Sequence record: NZ_AP023325.1 | DNA: 44,333 nucleotides | DNA from: a plasmid | Reading direction: 5' to 3' (one strand) | Shown here: positions 1 to 7,401 of the stretch, piece after piece | Layout of the letters: the number at the start of each line of letters is the position of its first letter | How positions within the stretch are numbered: position 1 is the first letter of the stretch | The notes under the pieces: generated by a model | Databases searched by the model: none | What the model saw: the letters and a program-made list of their open reading frames with translations, nothing else | What the model was told of the DNA's origin: nothing | Position numbers and translations under genes: made by a program

Positions 1-2
1 GC

Positions 3-270
3 CTCGCCGAGTTCGAGCGAGAACTGATCGTCGAGCGCACGCGCGCCGGTCTGGAGTCCGCTCGGGCACGCGGTCGGCACGGCGGGCGTCCGTTCAAGAT
101 GACGCCGGCCAAACTGCGTCTCGCCAGCCGCGATGGGCAAACCGGAAACCAAGGTCGCGGAGCTATGCGCCGAACTCGGCGTGACGCGCCAAACACTCTA
201 CCGACACGTCACGCCGAAGGGCGAGATCAGGCCCGATGGTGAAAAGCTGTTGGCGCGAGGGCGCCGATAG
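3..270 (+). CDS. tnpR: Serine resolvase (TnpR of transposon 1), C-terminal part continuing from the window end. Catalytic-domain end (LAEFERELIVERTRAGLESARARG) in frame 3, then the HTH (MGKPETKVAELCAELGVTRQTLYRHVTPKGE) in frame 1, implying a 1-bp indel near 125-135.
   Basis: Own translation. Conserved resolvase motifs. The window end (…GRLIFAIFA + g) joins the window start (gc ctc gcc…) in frame to give IFAGLAEFERE. Confidence 0.8.
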
Positions 271-293
271 CAGTCGGCTGAAGCTGCTCAGGT

Positions 294-1073
294 TCAGAGC
301 GACGATGCCGTAACGTAGGTTCCTACCGCAATCACGACGGCGGCAAAGCCACGTTCGAGCAGCCCCTTACGGGTGCCGAGAACCTTGCCCAATGCAATAC
401 CGCCGATCGTTCCAGCGACGCCGCCCACGACCAGCATCGCGGTCACGCTCCAGTCGACCAGCCCCGACAGGGCGTAGGACAAGGCGGTGGTCAACCCCAG
501 CGCGCTGACGACGACCAGCGACGTGCCGATCGCGAAGGGCAGCGGCATCGCGGTCGCGAGGATCAGCCCCGGCACGATCAGGAAGCCGCCCCCGATCCCG
601 AAGAAGCCGGCGGCAAGCCCGACGCCCAGCCCGATCGGAACCAAGCGCGGCAGCAGCGTCGAGGCGCTATCGCGGGTCAGTCGCACGTCCGGCGCTTCCG
701 CCGTGCGGCGCTTGCGCAACATCGACAAACCGACGCCAATCATCAGAAGCCCGAACAGGACAAGCAGTCGCTTGCCGTCGAACGCCTTGCCCAACTCCGC
801 CCCCAGCGCCGCGCCGATCATTCCGGAGACGGCGAAGACACTGGCGCACCGCCATTTCACGCGGCCCGCTCGCGCATGGCCGACCAGGCTGGCAAGCGCA
901 TTGACGGTGACGGCGACAGCGGCCGTCCCGATCGCAGCGTGCGGTGATCCGACGCCGACAACATAGATCAGGAGTGGCACGGCGAGGATCGACCCGCCTC
1001 CGCCGACAAGGCCGAGGATCAGGCCAATCACGCCGCCCGATGCAAGCGCGGCAAGGGTGGCAGCGGTGTCCAC
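294..1073 (-). CDS. TauE/SafE (DUF81) family sulfite/anion exporter-like membrane protein, 259 aa, intact.
   Basis: ORF track. Glycine-rich multi-TM repeats (GGGGSILAVPLL…, GIGGGFLIVPGL) typical of TauE/SafE. It sits in a BigR-type operon. Confidence 0.8.
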   Translation of the reverse strand: MDTAATLAALASGGVIGLILGLVGGGGSILAVPLLIYVVGVGSPHAAIGTAAVAVTVNALASLVGHARAGRVKWRCASVFAVSGMIGAALGAELGKAFDGKRLLVLFGLLMIGVGLSMLRKRRTAEAPDVRLTRDSASTLLPRLVPIGLGVGLAAGFFGIGGGFLIVPGLILATAMPLPFAIGTSLVVVSALGLTTALSYALSGLVDWSVTAMLVVGGVAGTIGGIALGKVLGTRKGLLERGFAAVVIAVGTYVTASSL

Positions 1074-1080
1074 GATCGCC

Positions 1081-1598
1081 TCAGGCTGTCGCGCGCCGGT
1101 TCCAGGGCATGACGCGCAGCAGGTTGGCCATGCCGCACCACCCCGTCACGCCCGCGAACATCAGCCCCGCCCCGACGAACGCCGACAGCCCGAAGAAGCC
1201 GGGAGCGACGAACGTGCCGAGCAGAACGCCGATCAGCACCAGCCCACCGGCGGTAATCTGCACCTGCCGCATGATTTCCAACGGCTGCGACCGATCGGCG
1301 ACGGTGGGCTGTCCTGCCTGCCGCCACGCATCGATGCCGCCGCCCAGATATAGGCCGGCGCGCCACCCGCTGCCGCGCCGAGCTGCGCCGCATTGGCGGC
1401 GGTGCGCATCCCGGACTTGCAGTGAAAGACGACCGGACGATCGTCGCGCGGGAGATCGCCGATCCGGTCGAGCGGCACGTTCATCGCGCCGGGAATGCGT
1501 TCGCGCGCATGCTCGTCGGCACCGCGAATGTCGATCAGGCGCGCACCGGCATCGATCGCGGCACGGGTATCGTCGGGAGAAAGGGTCGCGAGCGTCAT
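1081..1598 (-). CDS. YgaP-like rhodanese (sulfurtransferase) fused to a C-terminal DUF2892 two-TM domain. The reading frame is broken by a 1-bp deletion at ~1346-1352 (…GGAPAYI / [35 protein letters not shown]…).
   Basis: Own translation of both frames. Rhodanese active-site loop [11 protein letters not shown]. The frames rejoin exactly if one c is restored in cctatatc(c)tgggc. Confidence 0.75.
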
Positions 1599-1602
1599 CG
1601 CA

Positions 1603-1899
1603 TCAATCCTTGCAGTAGAGCTGGTAGAGAGTGCCGAGCAGCGTTTCGACGCGGGCATCCGCGATGGCGTACCAGAGCGTCTGGCTCTCCCGCCGGTAGG
1701 TGACGAGACCCTCGTCGCGCATCCTCGCCGTGCTGCGAGCAGGCCGACTGCGACAAGCCGACATCACGGGCCAGATCGCCGACCGTCATCTCGCCATGCT
1801 CGACCAGCTTGCACAGCAGCATCAGCCGGCGAGCATTGCCGATCGCCTTCAGCGTGTCGGCGACCTGCCCGGCCTTCGCCTCGAATGTCGCCAGTCCAT
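1603..1899 (-). CDS. ArsR/SmtB-family (BigR-like) HTH repressor, ~99 aa, with two apparent 1-2-bp indels (~1729-1731 and ~1890).
   Basis: Own translation: …AKAGQVADTLKAIGNARRLMLLCKLVEHGEMTVGDLARDVGLSQSA | VSQHLARMRDEGLVTYRRESQTLWYAIADARVETLLGTLYQLYCKD. Classic ArsR wHTH, recovered by shifting frame. Confidence 0.65.
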
Positions 1900-1951
1900 C
1901 GGCGGTTTGAGCATCATCGCCACTCCATTAGGTGTTGCTTATGTAGCACCA

Positions 1952-1965
1952 GCTAATATATTAGC
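1952..1965. promoter_or_regulatory. Perfect 14-bp palindrome GCTAATATATTAGC in the divergent arsR/MBL intergenic region (flanked by TTGCT…AGCAA). Candidate ArsR/BigR operator.
   Basis: Seen in sequence. It sits between divergent promoters, ~20 bp upstream of the GGAGA RBS of the MBL gene. Confidence 0.5.
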
Positions 1966-1985
1966 AAGCGCTAACGGAGAAAATC

Positions 1986-2861
1986 ATGACTCAGCCCCTC
2001 ATCGAGGCGTTTTTCGACGAGCCGACCAATACGATTAGCTACCTCGTCGGCGATCCCGCGACACGGACTGCGGCGGTGATCGATCCAGTCCTCGACTTCG
2101 ACATGGCGAGCGGCGTCGCCGACACGCGCTCGGCCGAGCGGATCGTCGCCTTCGCCCGCGAGCAGGACTGGCGGATCGCGATGGTGCTGGAGACGCACGC
2201 TCATGCCGATCATCTGTCGGCCGCACCCTTCATCAAGGCGCATACAGGCGCATGGATCGGGATCGGCGCGCATATCCGCGACGTGCAGAAAATCTTCCGC
2301 CCCGTGTTCGCGATGGATGATCTGAAAACGGACGGCTCGGACTTCGACCGCCTGTTCGAGAATGGCGACCAGTTCGCGATCGGGGCGCTGGCGGTCGAGG
2401 TGCTGCATGTCCCCGGCCACACCCCGGCCGACGTGACCTATCTGATCGGCGATGCGGCGTTCGTCGGGGATACGCTGTTCATGCCCGACTATGGCACCGC
2501 CCGCGCCGACTTCCCGGGCGGGGATGCGCGGACGCTCTATCGCTCGATCCGCCGGCTATTGGCGCTGCCCGACGAGACGCGACTGTTCCTCTGCCACGAC
2601 TACAAGGCACCGGGTCGCGACGACTATCGCTGGGAGACGACGGTGGGCGAGCAGCGACGGTCGAGCGTCCACGTCCATGACGGTGTGAATGAGGACGACT
2701 TCGTCGCCATGCGCGAGCAGCGTGACGCCGGGCTATCCGTGCCCAAGCTCCTGCTGCCCTCGATCCAGGTCAACATCCGCGCGGGCCATTTCGATCAGGC
2801 GGAGGCGAACGGTGTCACCTACTTGCGTATTCCGGTAAAATGGAAAGCCGGCCATCCGTGA
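1986..2861 (+). CDS. MBL-fold metallo-hydrolase, ETHE1/Blh-like persulfide dioxygenase (291 aa, intact).
   Basis: ORF track. ETHAHADH (HxHxDH) motif. GGAGA RBS 6 nt upstream. Divergent from an ArsR gene, as in bigR-blh loci. Confidence 0.75.
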   Translation: MTQPLIEAFFDEPTNTISYLVGDPATRTAAVIDPVLDFDMASGVADTRSAERIVAFAREQDWRIAMVLETHAHADHLSAAPFIKAHTGAWIGIGAHIRDVQKIFRPVFAMDDLKTDGSDFDRLFENGDQFAIGALAVEVLHVPGHTPADVTYLIGDAAFVGDTLFMPDYGTARADFPGGDARTLYRSIRRLLALPDETRLFLCHDYKAPGRDDYRWETTVGEQRRSSVHVHDGVNEDDFVAMREQRDAGLSVPKLLLPSIQVNIRAGHFDQAEANGVTYLRIPVKWKAGHP

Positions 2862-2890
2862 TGTCATACGATCGCTGACACGGCTTTGTG

Positions 2891-2928
2891 CTTAGCGTAC
2901 GTTTTCGACCATCCTCTCACCGGTCCCC
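2891..2928. repeat. 38-bp terminal inverted repeat of Tn3-family transposon 1 (cttagcgtacgttttcgaccatcctctcaccggtcccc), followed by the TSD GTTCT (2929-2933).
   Basis: Perfect reverse-complement match to 40857-40894. Canonical GGGG…ACGCTAAG Tn3-family IR architecture. Confidence 0.85.
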
Positions 2929-4218
2929 GTTCTGGCGGCCCTTCACCGACATTCCCGATATCGACATGGACACGGCCGCGATCGTCCGCGCCTGGAGCGC
3001 GGCGCGCGACGCGGTGCTTACGATCCTACGCGCGAAAGCCGCCGCGCCCCTGGATGCGATGGAGCTGTCGCCAGAATGCATCGCCGCGATCGACGCCTAT
3101 GACGTTCATCGCGCGATGGTTGCTGACCTCTCGGACGCGCTCCTCGCCCGCAATCCATCGATCGCCATCGTCAAGGAACAGGCCGCAGTCGCCGACATAG
3201 CCACGCTGTCCGACGACCTCGCGAAGCTCACCGCTGTAAGGACGCGGCACCAGACACCCACCGCCGCGCTTTGCGATGCATACCTCGGGGAGAAAGCGGC
3301 CAAGAAGGCGACGGAAAAATTACGCGATGAGGCACGCGCCGCGCTCGACCAATATCGGGGAGGTGTCTTCCCCGCCTACGAGGCCGCGATCAACGACTAT
3401 CTGGGCCGCTTCAACGCCGGTTTTCGGCTTGGCTCCGTCACGTCGGTGAACAACCGGGGCGGATCGTCCGCCAGCTACAGCGTACTCATCAACAACGTCG
3501 CGGTCGCGCTGAGCGCCGATGGTGGCCCTTCGTTCAAGAACACGCTCAGCGCCGGTGATCGAAACGCCCTCGCCTTGGCCTTCTTCTTCGCCTCGCTCGA
3601 TCAGGACGCCCGGTTGGCGGAAAAGGTCGTGGTCATCGACGATCCCATGACAAGCCTGGATGAACATCGGCGGCTCACGACGGTCCAGAGATGCGCCGGC
3701 TATATGGCCGGGTACGTCAGATGATCGTGTTATCTCATTCCAAGGCGTTTCTCTGCGCCGTGTGGGACGGCGCGGATCGAATGGCTCGCTGCGCCCTTCA
3801 GATCGTGCGAAGCGGCGGGGGATCGACGCTCGCGCCCTGGGACGTGCGGCAAGACACGCTCACGCCGCACGATCGCCGGCACGAGCTGGTGCGGGAATAT
3901 CTCCGGACCAGCGATTCCGCGCGCGAGCGCGAGGTCGCTGCGGCGCTCCGTCCAATCCTAGAAGCGTTCATGCGGGTGGCTCACCCCGAAACCTTCCCGC
4001 CAGGCACACTGCTTGGCCCATTCATTGCCATATGCCAGCAGCGGCATGATGGACCCGGCGAGATACTATCCCCGGTTGCGACGACCGAGCTGCGCGCGCT
4101 GCTCGATTACGCCAACACCTTCCATCACGATACGAACCCGGCTTGGGAAACCGCCCTCATCAACGATCGGGAGCTGCTTGGCTTCGCTACCCGGACGATT
4201 GCCTTCGCTTCGCGGTAA
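2929..4218 (+). pseudogene. 3' half of an AAA_13/RloC-PrrC-like ABC-type ATPase gene cut by transposon 1. Carries the ABC signature LSAGDRNALALAFFFASL, Walker B/D-loop VVVIDDPMTSLDEHR and a ~170-aa C-terminal domain of unknown function. Has an additional 1-bp frameshift at ~3690.
   Basis: Own translation. Once the transposon and one TSD copy are removed it continues in frame from the 5' half at 39853-40856 (…VENREFW|RPFTDIPDID…). Confidence 0.7.
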
Positions 4219-5049
4219 CTAGACCTGACGCAGCTCGTCCAGAAGCTCGTCAGCACATGTTCGAGGTCCGGGAACACCGGATGCTCTTGGAAGTGCCGGG
4301 TCAGCTCCGTGTCGATCGTCTCTGGAGACTTGGCGTCCTCCTTCGACTTTTCAGCCCATTTCCGCCACGGGTGCAACGTGTCCCAAGGCGACCGCTTATT
4401 GGCGCGGGTGGTGGCGTCGTCGCCATGCTTGCCCAAGCCATAGAGGATGCTCGTCTCGCTGTTCCAGATCGGTCGGAACAGGTGGATCATGTAATCCTCG
4501 GCGGCCGTCTCCCATCCGCTCTGCACCACGAGCGAGCGAAACTCGAAATCCGCCAGTCCAGCGTCGTGGTGGCCGTGCCGATGTTCTTGCGGTGATCGGA
4601 CAGCCTACCACAAAGCCGCGGTCCCTGTTCCAGCGGCGTGCGCGCGTTGTTGATCGCCGGCGCGGCCGGCCGACATAGATGGGCGTCTCGCTACCGCTGA
4701 TCGGCGCGTAAAGCGGGAAGGGGCCGTTGTAATAGATGGCGTAGATGCCCGACCCGTAGAAGCGCGGTATCTCGGCCAACGGGTGCCGCTGCTGCGCGAC
4801 CAGCGCGAGCGACACGAACCGCCCTACCACCTTGGGGTTGCTCGGATCGAAGACGGCCGATGGCTGCCGGATCGGATCGAGCGTGTTCAGGAACGAACCC
4901 AGCTCCTGGATCACGGCGCGAATCTCTTTCTCAAGCGCGCGCCGCCGTGGAGCCGACAGCGTGGTCGCGGCCGTCTGCTCCATGAGACTGTCGAGATTGG
5001 CGCGCAGCTCGGCGATGGGCGACGGCGCGGGAGTAGGCTTGCGGCTCAT
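4125..5049 (-). CDS. GIY-YIG restriction endonuclease (Eco29kI-like), frameshifted. The true 3' end may be at 4219.
   Basis: GIY…YVG motif (FYGSGIYAIYYNGPFPLYAPISGSETPIYVG). Immediately downstream of, and overlapping, a C5-MTase gene. Confidence 0.5.
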
Positions 5050-6229
5050 GCGGCGACCAGATCCTCGCCACGTTCGCGCCGATCGCGTGGGCGAGTTGTA
5101 CCGGAACCGCGTTGCCGAGCTGACGCATGGATTCAGTCCATGACCCGTGAAAGCGGAAGGTATCGGGGAAGGTTTGCAGGCGGGCACTCTCCCTCACGCT
5201 GAAATACCGCACGCTGCCATCCGCCCGGCGAAGCATGTTCTCGCCACGGCACGCCATGCACGCCGGCCTTCAACGTCTTCGCCGGCTCGTCCATCGGACT
5301 GCCAGTGTGCCCGACATAGCTACGCGCGCCGCCCTGGAAGCGATGGTTGAGGCACTTGGCCGCCAGTTCCGGCGCGAGCTGGGGGTCCGGCAGGTCGCCG
5401 ATCGCGTCGCGGACCGTCAGCCAAGGTGCCGTCTCGGGCTTCTCGATCAACATGCGGCCGCGGGCAAGAAGGCGAGCGTCCAGCAGCCGATCGCGCACCG
5501 CGACCTCGTGCCGGTCCCAATACTCGCCCGATCGAACCTGGTCCCACAGCAGCGCGTCCAGCGAATGAGTATGCTCCGGGAAGGACCATTCGATGCCAAG
5601 ATCGGCGCGGAAGCCGACGAACACAACGCGCTCGCGGCGCTGTGGCACACCGTGGTTCGCCGCGTTGAGGACGCGATAAACGACGTTGTAGCGCAACTCG
5701 TCTTGGCTGCCCCTAGCCGTGTGATGCCGCTCCGGCGCACCATGTGGTCGCTCCACGCCTCGCCCGGCAGCGGCGTCAGCTCGGGATAGGTAAGCTGGTG
5801 AACGATATGGGCGAGATAGGTCGCGAAGCTCGCGCGGGTCAGCCCCTTCACGTTCTCGAACACGAATGCCCTTGGCCGCGTCTCGCGCACGACGCGTACC
5901 GCCTCCGGCCACATGTCGCGGGTATCGGCATGGGCGCGATGCTTGCCGCCAAGCGAGAAAGGCTGACAGGGCGGCCCGCCGCTCACGAGGTCGATCTTGC
6001 CCTCGTGCTTCCGAAAATCGACCTTGCGAATGTCGCCCTCGATCGGCTCCGGCCACCGTCCGATACCACCCGTCTTGGCGCGGCGGTTCTCCCGGATCGT
6101 GTCGCAGCACCAACGGTCCCACTCAACGATCTGCACCGGCTTGAAGCCGGCCTTGCTGATGCCCATGCCCAGGCCCCCGGCCCCGGCGAACAATTCAATG
6201 GCGCGCATGGTCGACTCCCTCGCCTTCAA
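5040..6229 (-). CDS. DNA cytosine-5 methyltransferase (Dcm-type) with at least 2 frameshifts.
   Basis: Motifs I ELFAGAGGLGMG, IV GGPPCQPFS, VI ENV, VIII QRRERVVFVG, X RESARLQTFPD…GNAVPV, spread over three frames. Confidence 0.8.
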
Positions 6230-6640
6230 GAAAGGCTCTAATCTTGTTCTCTAGTTGTTCCATTTGCCGACATTCGCATTCCCACACAACCATCTGACGC
6301 CAACCTTCGCTCTCCAACGTCTCGCGGACGCGCTCGTCGCGCTCCCGGTTGCCTTCAAGCTTCGGCCCCCAAAAATCCTGCCTCGATTTCGGCATCCGCG
6401 CCAGCTTGCAGTTAGGATCGGGATGCCGATGCCAGAAACAGCCATGCACGAAGATGACCTTGCGGCGGCTCCTGAATACAAGGTCAGGGCTTCCGAGGAG
6501 GCGCTTGTCGTGAAGACGATAGCGGTAGCCCATCCCATGAACCAGACGACGGACGACCATTTCTGGCTTGGTATTCTTCGCGCGCACCCGCCCCATCCGT
6601 TCCGAGCGAGCTTCGGGTGACAAAGTATCTACCACGAACA
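6195..6640 (-). CDS. vsr: Very-short-patch repair endonuclease Vsr. Its stop overlaps the MTase start.
   Basis: LSPEARSERMGRVRAKNTKPE…FVHGCFWHRH…VVWECE matches Vsr hallmarks. Confidence 0.75.
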
Positions 6641-6645
6641 GTCTA

Positions 6646-7344
6646 TCACTTCGCCGCCGATGCGATACGCACCGTGCAAGGCACCGTCTCACCCGCCTTG
6701 TTCGCGCGCTTCTGGCACGCCTCCAGCACGACGCGGTTGGCGGTAACGATCCGATCCCCCGCCGCGATGTTGGCGAAGGCATCTGGTCCAGCGGCCCGCA
6801 TCAGGCGTTGCCCGGCTTCCCATTTCGGCAGATCAAGCGTGCGCGCCGCCATCCACTCAGGCACCTGCCATCTATCCGGCAGCGCGCGGGCGACGACACC
6901 CGGCACGACCGTCCACAACAGCATTCCGCCCAGGCACGCCCCCGCCCCGACCTGCCACAGCGTCCGGCGCTGCTCGTCCGCGCGACGGGCAACACCGCCG
7001 ATCCCGTGCAACGCGGTCGTCGCCCGGTCCATCTTCTCGCCGGCGCTGGCGATCATGCGCCGATCCTCGTCGCGGGCATTGGCGCCGGCCGCGACGATGC
7101 GGTCGGCGACATGGCGCGGCGCGACATTATCCTCGGCCGCCTTCGCCAGCACGCCGACATTCTGCATAGTGGCGTTGAGCGCCTTGGCCATCCGCCCCAG
7201 CGTCTCGCTGTAATCGGGTATCTGCGGCACCTCGGCGCGCTCGGCCGCCAGTCGCTCGACGGCGCGGCGCATCAGGGCCATTTCGCCGCGAATCTGCTCA
7301 AACGCTTCCACCGCGGCATCCGGTTCGTGATCGTCGTGGCTCAT
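6646..7344 (-). CDS. Hypothetical protein (232 aa) downstream of traA on the same strand, with an acidic N-terminus.
   Basis: ORF track. Protein-like composition. No family I can recognise. Confidence 0.4.
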   Translation of the reverse strand: MSHDDHEPDAAVEAFEQIRGEMALMRRAVERLAAERAEVPQIPDYSETLGRMAKALNATMQNVGVLAKAAEDNVAPRHVADRIVAAGANARDEDRRMIASAGEKMDRATTALHGIGGVARRADEQRRTLWQVGAGACLGGMLLWTVVPGVVARALPDRWQVPEWMAARTLDLPKWEAGQRLMRAAGPDAFANIAAGDRIVTANRVVLEACQKRANKAGETVPCTVRIASAAK

Positions 7345-7401
7345 GCGGTCCCCCTTTCCCGTATGAAAGCACGAAGCCAGTCCTACCCGAAAGCACGAAC
7401 C

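Larger units (their letters stand above)
1..2928. mobile_element. Right-hand part of Tn3-family transposon 1 (continues from 40857..44333 across the circular junction). Holds the tnpR 3' end, the TauE-rhodanese-ArsR operon and the MBL dioxygenase, and ends with the 38-bp IR at 2891..2928.
   Basis: The IR at 2891-2928 is the exact reverse complement of 40857-40894. The 5-bp GTTCT lies at both outer flanks. Confidence 0.8.
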
